Shown in pieces: positions 37,487-50,581 of a stretch of 64,000 bases of DNA. Below the pieces are notes generated by a model. That model saw only the letters and a list, made by a program, of their open reading frames with translations, had not been told where the DNA came from and searched no databases. The position numbers and the translations under genes are program-made. Positions within the stretch are counted from its first letter, which is position 1; every line of letters starts with the position of its first letter. Origin of the DNA: Octopus sinensis (taxonomy: Eukaryota). The stretch covers positions 12,028,001 through 12,092,000 of the forward strand of contig NC_043011.1 of the NCBI RefSeq assembly GCF_006345805.1. Direction: 5' to 3'.

Positions 37487-37687
37487 TTAAACATTTACAA
37501 CTATCTTAAAACAATGTAAATACATAGACTAATTGGTGATATCAGTGTTAATGTGTATAAACCATGTTTTGAATTTGTCGTTGGAGTATCACTTTCATTT
37601 GAAATTTGCCTCTTTGATAGATTTACATATGTAGAGAGGATAATCCATTTGATATTTAGAAATTTTGCTTTTATTCTTTTTCCTCAG

Positions 37688-37718
37688 ATTAGTTTCAGAT
37701 ACCACAGATGACGAAGCA
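37688..37718 (+). CDS. TTC31: Exon 6 (31 nt): LVSDTTDDEA
   Basis: Pyrimidine tract + CAG, GTAAGT donor; phase 2-0 bridges exons 5 and 7. Confidence 0.8.
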
Positions 37719-38210
37719 GTAAGTATTTTCTTCAACACTCTTATTCTTGTATAAAAAATATAACTTTTATGTTGATTGTATACATATATATATACATACA
37801 TGTGTGTGTGAAAACGCATACCTTTGGGAAAATAATAATTTCTAACATAGGTCCAGGCATGTAAAGATGTGCACAACCACCCTTGGATGGTTTTAAATGA
37901 CCATAGAAAGTGCGAGCCCTGTAACTGAAAAATTGTGGATTTGTATAAAGGACACACATGCTGACATTTTGCCGTTTATATATATAGAGATGATGTAGAA
38001 TAAATACCTTAAGAGACTTCACATCTAAAGCACTGGCTTTTTGGTTTTCTTTTCTATATTTATGTTACATCACTAAATAACATCAAACTATAAACATACA
38101 ATAAACTTCTGTACATATTTTCTTTAGTAGATTATTAGTGATTTTTTTCTCCGTTTTCTTTTTTTTTAATGTTCTTGATGATTCTTGTGAAAATTTATAG
38201 GCTCTAGAAT

Positions 38211-38610
38211 AGACGTAGGAGTGGCTCTGTGGTAAGTAGCTTGCTTACCAACCACATGGTTCTGGGTTCAGTCCCACTGCATGGCACCTTGGGCAAGTGT
38301 CTTCTACTATAGCCTTGGGCCGACCAAAGCCTTGTGATTGGATTTGGTAGACGGAAATTGAAAGAAGCCCGTTGTATATATGTATGTGTGTGTATACGTT
38401 TGTGTGTCTGTGTTTGTCCCCCCAACATCGCTTGACAACCAATGCTGGTGTGTTTACGTCCCCGTAACTTAGTGGTTCGGCAAAAGAGACTGATAGAATA
38501 AGTACTAGGCTTACAAAGAATAAGTCCGGGGGTCGATTTGCTCGACCAAAGGCGGTGCTCCAGCATGGCCACAGTCACATGACTGAAACAAGTAAAAGAG
38601 TAAAAGAGAG
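38211..38610 (+). mobile_element. SINE family A copy
   Basis: Full head to tail. Confidence 0.9.
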
Positions 38611-38821
38611 TATAATTAATCCCAACAAATTGATTTTAGTAAATGATTTAAATTTGCAATATTCGCTCATTAAAAACAACTGGATGTTAAGCATAGTAGC
38701 ATATTCTTCATTTTTTTCTTTCCAAATCCATGCTATCCTTAATTCCTCTTAATTTTGTTGTAATCTAGCCTGTTGTAATTTTCCTTGCTCTGTTTTAACC
38801 ATACAAGTTCTTCTTCTACAG

Positions 38822-38971
38822 GATTTTGACCCTAGTTCAGCATTTTTTACCAATATTGTAAATAAGAAAAAAATGAATCTCAATATTAGTGAACAATCTC
38901 AACTCTCCAATAAAGACCGCAGTAAGGACAGATCAATCTTACAATCTCACAGTGCCAAGAGTGAAGATGAT
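38822..38971 (+). CDS. TTC31: Exon 7: DFDPSSAFFTNIVNKKK...SAKSEDD
   Basis: CTACAG acceptor, GTAAGT donor, 150 nt open; DPSSAF resembles the TTC31 LDLSS(T/A)FV motif. Confidence 0.9.
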
Positions 38972-39161
38972 GTAAGTATTTTGATGTTTCTATAAAAATA
39001 TTTATTTCTAGACACTTTCAGACACTTTCATGAAACCTAAGTGATATAAAAGCAAAAGATAAATGTGAGAACTTTTGGAAATGTTATTGCCAAAGCTAAA
39101 TTTAGTAAAACAGGTGGTGAAAATTCAACATACACATTAAAAAAGAAAAATATATATATAC

Positions 39162-39210
<49 letters not shown>

Positions 39211-39227
39211 ATATATATACATATACA

Positions 39228-39415
39228 GGGAGAGTTTACGAAAAAAACACAAGACGAAGACAGGTGGTGTACAAAACAAACAGATGTATTAGTATAACGC
39301 TCAGGAATAGAAAAAGTCTTTTACGTTTTGAGCCTATGCTTTTCTACAGAAAGGGACACAGAAAAAAACAAGGAGAGAAAAAAATATGTGTAGTGGCTAA
39401 CGATCTATCATGGCA
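39228..39415 (-). mobile_element. Penelope-like terminal fragment with degenerate hammerhead (39318-39353)
   Basis: Minus strand CTTT CTGTAGA A AAGC ATAG GCTC AAAACGTA AAAG. Confidence 0.5.
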
Positions 39416-39835
39416 GTCACATTGGTTTGTATGTAGTTAAATGTCTAGGTTTCTGAAGATATTAACTAGTGGCAATATACTAATTGGTCATGCTCTCATG
39501 GAAATTTAACTGTCTATTAACTTGACCATCTGTAGCACATATCTTCTTTATAAATGTATTCGATATTCTTGGTATCATCTGTTTGTAGCCATATTCATAA
39601 AAAAAAAATTGAGTACTTTTATATATTGTAAGTAGTTCTGTTATTTACTCTGATTACAATAAAAATAGAGTATAACGTCCATTGTTAACGACATAAATTT
39701 TAAATTTACACCTTTTGTGTGAACCTTTTTTTTATAGTCTGTAATTTAGCGTTATTTTAATATGTAATAATGTTTTGCATTGCTCCTTACCCCAGTGGTA
39801 TAATGATGTGTGTATGTGTAAATATATATCCTCTT

Positions 39836-40135
39836 CCTCATCATCATTTAATGTCTATCTTCCATGCTGGCATGAGTAGGATGCTTTGACTGGATCTGAC
39901 CAACTGGAGGACTGTGTTGAGGTCCAGTGTCAGCTTTGGCACGGTCTCTACAGCTGGATGCCTTCCTGACATCCACCACTTTATATCATCATCATCATCA
40001 TTTAACATCCGTTTTCCATGCTAGCATGGGTTGGACGGTTTTGACTGAGGGCTGGCAACCAGATGGCTGCACCAGGCTCCAGTCTTGATCTGGCAGAGTT
40101 TCTACAGCTGGATGCTCTTCCTAACGCCAACCACT
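39836..40135 (-). mobile_element. Two tandem RTE 3' UTR fragments (older then younger)
   Basis: Two (CAT)n-headed copies starting at 39836 and about 39985. Confidence 0.75.
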
Positions 40136-40473
40136 GTACTAAATGCTATTTTTGTGGTCCTGACACCTGCGAGATGACCATGTAACTTGCAGGACAAGAC
40201 CTTCTTGACTGACCGAGATTGGGGATGGAATAGTATTGGGAGAGGTGGCTTTGTGCCAGGTTTTGAACAGTTACAGTTTGATAAAGGAACAAGAACAGGT
40301 GTATTATTGTAGAGGAAATACATGGCCACCCAAGCTGAAAAGAAAGGTAAAACAAATTCTAAAGATCTTAATCATTTCTATAAATACTATAGCAATATTA
40401 TTAGAATACTAAATGACTAGCATGGTAATTTTTCAGAGTCTGGATATGCATTGAAAATGATAAATCAACTTTA

Positions 40474-42139
40474 CAAGGGTGGGCTGAAAAGTTCATAGGT
40501 TGACTCTGGAGGAGAGATGCTAGAGCCATGAATTCTTGCATGCATTAATTTCAACACTTCTTGTAAATAACTACATTGTTTCGTTCCAGGTAAACTGATA
40601 TTTGACTGTTCAAAGAAGACTTCAAAAGTAACTAGTAGTGATTTTTCTTGAAAATGGACAAAATTTGGCATCATGGTGTTATCAAGTACCTGCAGAAAAA
40701 GGGTTTAGAAGCACCAAGGACATTCATGCTTACATGGTTGCTACTTTAGTTAGTTAGTTAATTTTTTGGCTCAAAAAGAAAAAAGCAAGGCCATGTAGGG
40801 GGACATGGAGTTATGTACAGGGTGGTGTTCATGTAAAGAGTTTAGGCCACTTGTGGTCAAGGGAGACTTTGAACCGAGCAGTCGTCGGCATCTTCACTAT
40901 CCCATCCGGTAGCTTATTCCACGGATCCGCAACCCGGACGGAGAAAGCCCCTCTCCTTTGATTGAGATGAAATTGTCGCAGTTAGAGCTTTTCAGAGTGA
41001 CCCCGCAGCCGATGCTCTGGAGTAGGAGTGAAGAACAGCTCTTTCGAGAGGTTACACTTTCCGCTTATGATGTTGTGAGCAAGAATGAGATCACCACGGC
41101 ATCATCGTTTTTCTAGAGAATAAAGGTCGAGCGTCTTCAGCCTTTCTTCATAAGACAAATGCTTGAGACCAAGAACCATAGATGATGCTCCAACGTTATC
41201 AACAGTGCAAAAGTGGGCAGCTGAATTTAGGAGGGGAAGGGACAATCTTGAGGATAATGTCTTGCAACCACCACCACCAAGAAAAACATTGATCATGTTC
41301 ACCACATGGTGATGGATAACAGGTAATTAATGATAAATCAAATAGCCAATGCTATTAGCATATCCCATGAGAGAGTTAAGGATATTCTGCACAATGACAA
41401 AGGTTTCTGTTCGGTGGGTGCCACATCTGACACCTGATCAAAAGTGCACCAGGCTGATGACATCGTGGGAATATCTGACATTGTTTGATGCATATCCAGC
41501 TAGTTGCCTTGAACTTTTCCTAACCAGGAAGAGTGTTGGGTTCATCACTTTGAAGCAGAGACAAAGAGACAATCTATGCAGTGGAAACTTGCCTCCTCAC
41601 CTGCTCCGAAGAAGGCCAAGGTCGTTTCATCTGCAGGGAAGGTGATGGCCTCAGTTTTTTTTGGATGTAAAAGGCATTATTGCTTCTTGACTATCTTCAG
41701 TGCCACACCATCAATGTCAAGTACTATGCCAACTTGCTGAGGCAGTTACAAAAGGCTATCAAGACCAAATGCCCAGGAAAACTGACAAAATTGGTTTGGT
41801 TTCAACAGGACAATGCACCAGAACACATGATATTGCTTACTACGACTACTGTGTGTGTGACTGGTTTTGAACTGGTTGATAACCATCCCGAATCTTATGT
41901 TTGACCCAAGAAATCTCTTGGCTGGGAACCAATGTCGCAGTGATGATCATGTCATATCAGCTGTTAATGACTTTTTTGTTCAACAGGATGAAAGCTTCTT
42001 CATTGACGGTTCAAAGCACTGCAATACCAATGGAAGAAGTGTGTGGACCACAAGGGGCACTATGTTGAAAAATGAACCTCATTTGGTCACTTTACTGAGA
42101 GTATCTTGGTCAGCTTATGAACTTTTCAGCCAACCCTCG
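40474..42139 (+). mobile_element. Decayed full-length mariner (DD34D, irritans-like) with nested CR1
   Basis: TIRs CAAGGGTGGGCTGAAAAGTTCATAGG / CGAGGGTTGGCTGAAAAGTTCATAAG, TA flanks; ATG 40654 MDKIWHHGVIKYL; STVQKWAAEF, WVPH, FQQDNAPEH. Confidence 0.9.
40750..41180 (-). mobile_element. CR1 LINE 3' fragment nested in mariner
   Basis: LKHLSYEERLKTLDLYSLEKR..FSVRVADPWNKLP; (TAAC)n tail. Confidence 0.88.
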
Positions 42140-42446
42140 TATATTATTATTAACTGTAGAAAGTAAAGCAGTATATGGGTAAATTTGAAAATAAATTGTA
42201 AAAGTTTTGAAACAAAATAGATGGCCTGTAAATATATTTAAAGAACAATGAAACGTATTACATATTTAATATATTTCACTTTACTCTTTATTGATATTGA
42301 ACTCCTCTTGACATAAAGTGTATGTCCATAGAAAATTTCCATCATCTAAACTAGCATGTGTGTATATATATATTTAAACATAATGAATAACAATAGGTTA
42401 ATAAGAAATTATTATTACCAGTGGCCTAGCACAAAAACGAATTAGA

Positions 42447-42741
42447 CTATATATTATTCACATACAAATACAACAAGAGGCTTCCAAATAGGAAAGCCTT
42501 GTGCTAGAAAGGGCAGTAGAAATCTCAAACCACCAATTAAGGATAAATTCTCGAAAGGAATGAAAATTAAAAACGTTTACCATCTCAATTATTATGATCT
42601 GGGAAATAATTGAGATGGTAAACGTTTTTAATTTTCATTCCTTTCGAGAATTTATCCTTAATTGGTGGTTTGAGTTTCATACTGCTCTTTCTAGCACAAG
42701 GCTTTCCTATTTGGAAGCTCTTATTGTATTTCTATGTGAAT

Positions 42742-42750
<9 letters not shown>
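42447..42750. repeat. About 300-bp fold-back (about 147-bp arms, 11-nt loop 42594-42604)
   Basis: Inner about 70 bp perfect, outer part with several mismatches. Confidence 0.93.
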
Positions 42751-42787
<37 letters not shown>

Positions 42788-42999
42788 CATGTATAAGTCT
42801 TTCTTTGAGTATCTGCAATAAGTTCTCAGTTATATAAATATCTATCTTTAAACTCTTTTCTGACCACTCAGCACATATTCAGCACCTACCATTCTTTACT
42901 CTCATGATTGCATGGTAAGAATTTTTGCAATGAATGAGTGTTTCTCTGTTGAAAGATTTTGATAAACTGTTGAGTTATTCAGTTTATATTTTCCCCAAT

Positions 43000-44780
43000 A
43001 ATTTCCTCGTATGAAATAATCAACCAAGTTCTTATATATGCCAAGACAGACAGTTGGGTTGATTATTAAATGGTGATCTTCCAATGTACTCCAGTAGCTT
43101 ATAGTTCATATTGTTGATAGCGATATCTTTTGGTATGCATTTTGCCATTTCACTGAACTATGTGTAGTTCTTCGAGTCATCCTGAAAATTCAAAAATACT
43201 CCTGCTGTTATTTCAAGTGATGAAACTTAAATTAGAGATGTATTTAAACAATTTTTATCAAGGCACACAAATTCTTCAGACTAATCATTACTCAAAAAAA
43301 TGTTTCTCATTTTCTTAGTGTTGAATGTAATAGCTTTGTATCAGTAAAAATCTGGCAAGTAATAATGTCCAAAGAGGCCAATATGTATGTATGTATGTAT
43401 GTATGTCATTATTTGGTTTTATTTCAAGAATGGGCTTGCTGTTGACTGAACTTGTCTCACTGTAGTGTTTCATGATATTATAGACCGTTTTGTGATCAAC
43501 ACCAACTTTTAGAAGCCATGTCTTTGGTGCTATGGCCTGCTTTTTTTTGAGTTACAATCTCATTTTTCTTGTATGTCTTCACGAAGACGTCTCAAGTACA
43601 CTATTAACTCATCTGCTTTACACTCTTTGGAATTATAGGAAAAGTCTGGCAAAAGTCTCCTGATGGTATAGTGGTAACATCACTTCAGAATTGCATAGAT
43701 CTTGCAAGTTTCAATTCAGAGTGTCCAAAGACTTTTTGTTTGCCTCATACACTCATCCCAAATAATGAGATGACAGCTCTTACTACTTGTCCCGTCCCAG
43801 ATGTTTTGCTAATATTATAAATTGGTGTGGAATTGTTAGCTAAATTCAAGGACATTTTGAAGTAGAGTGGATTCTTCTTTTTCCAGAAAGTGATACCTGA
43901 AGAAGCAACAACCGGTGCTATATTTTCCTGTTGTTGCACTTTGGCAAATAAAAAATATTTTGCCAGCTCCTGCAAGAGCATGAAAACAAACAAGTACAGC
44001 TTTGTAGAAGGAATTTTGTTCAGACAGCAGTTTGGGTTCATTTTCACTACCATTTCTTAAGACATCTTCACTGTTGTGGCAAGTTTCTTTTAATAGTTCT
44101 ATCAATTTCAGATTGATTGGTATGTGGGTGTCCATACTTATGCAATTCATTTCCTCTCATAGAAACAACTTCGGTCTTCAATAGCAATTCATGCTGCATT
44201 GTTGAACTCATCACTGTATTATATTCACCTGCCAGGATATTGCAACTAAATCCAGTATTTATAATCTTTTGCAAAATCATTTCAATTCTTTAACCATATT
44301 GATACTGGATCATTTAGATCACAGTTTTTGAGTAGAATAGCAAACAGTGCTTCCTTCCTTTGCAAAACAATGACGCCTCTGCCGTAACTACCATCCAATG
44401 ATTATCATCCTGTAACAATCCTTATCTAAAGATGCTTCCCTATAAGAAGTGCAAAAATTACCATCAACATTTTGAAAGTCAAGAAAGACTGTGGGACCAT
44501 GGTTTTGATGAAGAAAGAGACTTAAATGATAGCATTCTTGCCAAGTTAGATGCAGAATATAAACTTTTTCCAGAACATTATGAAATCATATACCAAGATA
44601 GCCTTCAATTTCAGTGCTTCTTTTTTTTTTCTTTTGTGATTCCATTATTTATTGTTCCATGTATAAATAAGATAGTAATTGAGAGTATTAAAGTCTTCTT
44701 TGGCAATTTTCCATCTAGCTGGAATAAGGCATCTAGGATGAGAAGCAGAAGCAGGAGATTCAGTCTTAATGACATGGTGT
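43000..44780 (-). mobile_element. Helitron RepHel (PIF1-like helicase region) pseudogene
   Basis: HGPTVFLD..VDG..SYREA, GLLQDDNHW, LFAILLKNC.DP..W, HALAGAGK (Walker A), AKVQQQ..VASSGI, SGDFCQTFPIIP, PKDIAINNMNYKLL. Confidence 0.8.
43320..43565 (-). repeat. Duplicate of Tc1 segment 44780-45015
   Basis: About 245-bp direct repeat, high identity, differing in (ATGT)n and T-run length. Confidence 0.9.
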
Positions 44781-45200
44781 GTTGAATTTAATAGCTTTCT
44801 GTCAGTAAAAATCAGGCAAGTGATAATGTCCAAAAGGCCAATATGTATGTATGTCATTATTTGGTTTTATTTCAAGAATGGGCTTGCTGTTGACTGAACC
44901 TGTCTCACTGTAGTGTTTCATGACATTATAGACCGTTTTGTGATCAACACCAATTTTTGAAGCCATGTCTTTGGTGCTATGGCCTGCTTTTTTTTTTTTT
45001 GAGCTACAATCTCACTTTGCCTGTCAGCTGCCATATTGAAACATTTTACTTACCTAATGCAAACAAACAATGGAGTGTACATGGAGCGCTTTTTAATTAT
45101 TTTTGTGCAATTTCACACATAAATTTAATAAAATAAGCTTATTTAAATAATCAAGAATTCTTTATGGTGCACCTTTATTTCCATAAATTTGTCACAGAAT
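44780..45200 (-). mobile_element. Tc1/mariner 5' fragment (HTH N-terminus)
   Basis: MAADRQSEIVA.KKAGHSTKDMASKIGVDHKTVYNVMKHYSETGSV. Confidence 0.65.
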
Positions 45201-45959
45201 CCATTAATCTTTGGTGTTATAAATCATCCAGGAGACCAAAATGATGAAGAAAATAAGCTCTGATCAGCACTAGTATCCACAAGAAAATGAGATTTTGAAG
45301 AAGTATTGAAAACAAAATACACAATGTACTGAAGGACTGCCAGGCAATGTAGTCACTGTTGATTCTTGGCATTCGTGTTTTCCTGTTGCTTAGAAGCCTA
45401 ATGGAAGGAACATGCTTGTATATCATGATACCAACTGTGTGTAGGTTCTACAAGAACTAGAGGGAGTATTTTTGTGCTGAATTTCTGAAATGGGAAGTTG
45501 AATGACTGGAAAGACAAAGTGTTTTAAAATATTTCCATCTTCTCCAGGAGAACCTGAATCTTGTCTTTAGTAAACTTAGAGAAAGCCACTAACTCTGAAG
45601 AGATAGAGAAATAGAGAAAGCTGGAAGTGAAATATTTTCATTAATCATAACTGCTTGTAGTTGTTAAAGGTTGAAGAAGTAGATAAAGTGAGAACACCTC
45701 TCAGGGTGACTATGTAGCATTTGAGGCCATTCTGTCTTGCTGTTCAATATCTTAGCTTTTTATAACTTTTAGCAAAGCTTCCAGAACCTTGGCGAGAATT
45801 TCACACAACTTCCTTTCAAATATGTTGCTTATTTGGGTTAGATACCAGCTGATACTGATTGATCAAATTATGTTCACATTGGTATTTGTGGCTTTTGTGG
45901 CAGCATGGTTAATTTCTTGTAGCTGGTCTTGCCTTTGATGGAAATATAGTTATGTCATG

Positions 45960-46262
45960 CTTCTAAACTGGCAATCTGAGTACAGTGGGGTTTTTGTTTT
46001 TTGTTCCTTCTCGAGCTATGCCTGGCTCATGAGGGCCGGTTTCTTGGTGTATAGGTTTCCCTCCTGGACGGGACGCCGGTCCGTTGCAGGTGAGCTGCAA
46101 GATGCAGGAGGAAAGAGTGAGAGAAAGTTGTGGCAAAAGAGTCAGCAGAAGTTTTGCCATTACCTTCTGCCGGAGCCGCGTGGAGTTAGGTGTTTCGCTC
46201 ATAAACACACACATCGTCTCGTCTGAGATTCGAACCCGCGATCCTTCAACCGCGAATCCACT
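45960..46262 (-). mobile_element. tRNA SINE family C, variant tail
   Basis: B box GGGTTCGAATCTC; head shared with 58694; tail CGGCGTCCCGTCCAGG..GAAACCGGCCC. Confidence 0.75.
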
Positions 46263-46485
46263 GTACTGTGGTTTGAAACTAGGTAGAAGCCTTGCTACAA
46301 CTCTACCAGGCAGAAGAGATAGTGATGAAAGTGGAGCAGACCATAAATGTGATAGAGTGGTGAGTAAAAAAGTGAGAAAGTGGTAGATAGCTAAGTGATG
46401 ATAGTTAAGGAAATTCAATGTGTGGCATTTTGTGGGTAGGAGGGAGAAATGAGAGAAAAAGAAGGAGATAGTATTTATGTGAATG

Positions 46486-46904
46486 GGATCTTTTTGGTTT
46501 GAATGGCAGTTTTTAACATAATTTCTAGGTAACTAAAAAAATTTAAACTTCATATACTGGTAGAATGTGTTTATAAAACATCTTTTTCTCTTGGCTTTAT
46601 TGAGAAAATTCTATAGTTTGTAAGATAGTTGTTGTTTTTTTTCTTCAATTTCTGCAATTTCAACCAATCAATGACGTCTATTGAGGTAAAAGAAACATTC
46701 TGTGCCGTATGAATGTGTCCCTCGTTTAAGAAACAGATTGGGTTTATTTACATTTGTGAAGAAAAAATGATACCCTTCCCCCCACCCCTAACCCTAACCC
46801 TAAAACAGATTGAAATGCAGTAGATCGATACCAGGGTCATAATTATGGGTGACAATTTCATATGACACCGCTTGAAAAAACTGCCGTTCAAACCGAAAAG
46901 ATCC
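46486..46904 (-). mobile_element. Merlin-like MITE copy
   Basis: TIRs; TSD TGTGAATG. Confidence 0.92.
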
Positions 46905-47274
46905 TGTGAATGTAGATGTTCAGTTCTTCACTTGTTTGGTGTGTGATTTGATATGAGTACCATTATAGACATTCGATGTATATTTTGCTGCAATAAAGGA
47001 GTTAGGAAAACCGTGATATTAGCGATACATGAAATGACAATGAAAATGTGTTGTGAAGTATTTATTCATTCAGTACAAATTTTTCCTTGAGTGACCAGAA
47101 GTCAATCCATTCAGTCTTTAGACAAGGACTTTTCCCACAAACCAGTGTAATGGAAAATTTAGTTAGAAATAAGAACTGGGTTGTGACTCCAACTCACTGG
47201 GGCAATATCACAATATAGTTTTATACATCCATACATTTATCTTCATTCGCACACTTCTCTAATAGTCATCAAAT

Positions 47275-47731
47275 CTTAGTAGAGATTTCAAACTTAAAAT
47301 CTTCAAAGCCACAGTTGAACCAATTCTACTATATGGCTCAGAAACCTGGACGTTATCAAAGAAGCTTGAGAGGCGGTTGGATGGAACTTACACTTACCTC
47401 CTTATGAGAGCTCAAATTTCTTGTGGAAGCATCATCCAACCAAAGTACGAATATATATAAACTACCACCTGTATCATCTCTTGTGAAAGGTAGAAGAGTT
47501 CAGTTTGCTGGACATTGTTGTAGAGCTGAAAACGAGGTAATCTCTACTCTTCTCCTCTGGAAGCCATCTGCTCGCGATACCAGAGGGCGCACACTCTCCT
47601 ACTCTGATGTAATCTCCAGGGATACAGGCATCCAGCAACAGGACCTCCGTAATGCTATGATGGACCGTGAAGTCTGGCGTAGCATAGTAAATTCCATTGT
47701 CTCGACCACGGTCGAACAATGATGATGATGA
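47275..47731 (+). mobile_element. RTE/RTEX-type LINE 3' fragment
   Basis: EPILLYGSETWTL..RRVQFAGHC..LLLWKP..DREVWR; (TGA)n tail. Confidence 0.85.
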
Positions 47732-48006
47732 TACTATAGTAAATACAGGCAACACAGTTCATAATTGTTCTAATCAAAACTGTCTTTGAGAATACTAATT
47801 TATGGGTAAAATGTTTTGCATTTAGTGAATCTAAGTAGCCATCTTTCTCTTTCCCTTTTATATTTTTTATTTGTGTCTGCTGTTTATCTGTCAATTTTTC
47901 AACCTTTTTATTACCTGTCTATCTGTCTGTCTACTTATCCTCTCAACAACTCACCCACCTAACCACCTACCTATCTGTCTGTTCATTTATTTATTGATCC
48001 CTTCAT

Positions 48007-48040
<34 letters not shown>

Positions 48041-48049
48041 TCTTTATAG

Positions 48050-48095
48050 ATAGAAGAACTTGATACAGTTGTTCTCAGAAGCCGCAAGTTAGCAA
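48050..48095 (+). CDS. TTC31: Exon 8: IEELDTVVLRSRKLA(I)
   Basis: TATAG acceptor, GTAAGT donor; phase 0-1 fits exon 9; SRKLA resembles TTC31 SQELA. Confidence 0.85.
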
Positions 48096-50029
48096 GTAAG
48101 TTTCATTCCTTTTGCTTATTAATCAAATAGGACCTAAGAATTCTTTCTTTTTTCTAAAATTATTGAGTTACTGTTCATGTAATGTATACATTCTTTTTTC
48201 GTTTACTAGTGAGATTGACACTATCAACATTTCTCTTACACCTGTGGGAATGACATAAGCCCAGGGAAAATTCCAGAGTGCTGACATTCTGAAGAAAGGA
48301 GGAGTGAGTGTTGTGGTCTTGAGGAGTTGGAAAAAACAAACAGGGTGAGAGGAGGAGAGATTAGGGGACAGGAATGTATGAATGGAGGTGATATGAGCCC
48401 AGCTTGCTCTAAGGAGCAAAGGCCATTATAGTATAGTAGGAAAGAGAGAGAATACTGCATACCTGTAGGTAAAAGGCTGGATCATGTCTTTGTGTGACTT
48501 TAGGATAATAAGTCAGGTAGCCCTTTTATGGATACACTCTAAGCTGTCTGTATAGTGGCAGCACTGTCTCACATGTGAGAACAATGCTCAGTTGTGGACT
48601 TCAGCTGAGCTTTCAAGAATATATATAATTCTCAAAAGATGAGGTATGTTCTGGCTCTGAAGAGACAGGTTAGTTAATGGGATGCAAACCTACCTATGTT
48701 AGAAATATGCTTTTGGTAGGATAGATCATTAGTGATAGAGAGACCCAACAATTAGAGTGATTTTGAGGGCTCTAGATGGCTGTTGTTTATGATTAAGTAG
48801 CAGGTGGTGCAATGATGTTTCATTGGTATGAGTAGGAGTTGTGTTGTTTTACTTTTGAATGACATCTCTCCATTTGAGGATGCTTTAAAGGTCTCTATTC
48901 ATGAAGTCAATGTGTGTTTGGCCTTTTGTATCTAGATTGTGAGTGGATAATACATGGTTGAAGAATATGTAGTGGTTAAGTGTGTATCAATGAGCATAGA
49001 TGCAAATGGAATGTGTATGTAAACAAATACGTAAACCGATTCATGATTGAAAAGAATTTATTTACAGGGTTTGATTCATTATAGGTACACTACATACAAA
49101 ATGTAGGCAACTGCTACGAATTGCTAGAAATACAGAGTACATATTAGGAATGAATATGCTTGTGTGTGTGCGTGTTTCATTCGAAACAATAGTCTATCGG
49201 CATTTCGAACATTTCTCTCTGTCTCTGTCGTCTGCCAAAAACCTTGGGTCGTAGATAGATCTATCTCATCTGTCTGCTCCCGTCTCTGCTGCCATTGTCT
49301 GCCTACCTTTCTGTTTCACCCTTGTATTTATAATATTTGTGGCAGTTAGAATGACAGACATACTGCAGCAGAGTTTGTACCTAAATAGGTCAGCGCTTGT
49401 CCAGTTGAACTTTGCCTGACATGATGAGGTCGCAGGTCAAAGGGAGATGATCAATCAATTTTTGACAGGACAAAGAAAACCTTTTTTCGCTCCTGTTGAT
49501 CGTCGTGGTTTGGACAAACCGAGAATTCTTGGATTCAGTTTCGAATCTAGGCTTGGAGAAGGAAGTGTTAATTCTTACAAATATTAGGGCAAAATGAAAG
49601 CTTATGTCATCTGCATAAGAAAGGGGTTTGTTGGATATGGTAGCAAGTCAGTCAATCATGTATAGAAGGGAGCCTTTTGAATATTTAACACAATTTATTT
49701 AATTGGTGATTGGCTATTAAGGTAATAAAGATATTACTTTCTGAAGGGGAAAAGCTGAGTGGTTCTATGGTTATACCCCAAATTTTTTCATTCGTAAACT
49801 ACACAAGATATCATATAAAAGTAGATTTATTGTGGGAACTAGAAAATGTATGAACAAACAGCTATTTTTACCAATTAATGAAGCTTTAAATATGATAAGG
49901 TCATACTTTATGAGGTACTGCAAATAAATCTTTAGCAATTCTGAAGTAAGCGTTTTTTGGAGTAATAAATTTTTAAACTGCAAAGAGTCAAAGTAGCTAT
50001 GATCATGTATTTTTTTTTTTTTACTTGTT

Positions 50030-50230
50030 TCAGTTATTTGACTGCGGCCATGCTGGAGCACCGCCTTTAGTCGAGCAAATCGACCCTGGGACTTATTCTT
50101 TGTAAGCCCAGTACTTATTCTATTGGTCTCTTTTGCCGAACCGCTAAGTGACGGGGACGTAAACACACCAGCATCGGTTGTCAAGCAATGCTAGGGGGAC
50201 AAACACAGACACACAAACACACACACACAT

Positions 50231-50275
<45 letters not shown>

Positions 50276-50441
50276 TACGATGGGCTTCTTTCAGTTTCCG
50301 TCTACCAAATCCACTCACAAGGCTTTGGTCGGCCCGAGGCTATAGCAGAAGACACTTGCCCAAGGTGCCACGCAGTGGGACTGAACCCGGAACCATGTGG
50401 TTGGTTAGCAAGCTACTTACCACACAGCCACTCCTGCGCCT
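50030..50441 (-). mobile_element. SINE family A copy
   Basis: Full-length reverse copy. Confidence 0.9.
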
Positions 50442-50581
50442 ATGTATGTTTATGATTTTTCTACACTGTATACTAATCTTAATTTGAAAAGGTGGAAGTA
50501 TATTTAGTGTAATTGATATTGTAAAGGCTACTAGTATATTTCTATTAAGAACAGTGAAGGCTTTTTGTAATCTTATCTCTT

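Noticed and set aside
49018-49690. Possible solo LTR (TG...CA) on the minus strand
   Set aside because: No target-site duplication and no second copy in the window
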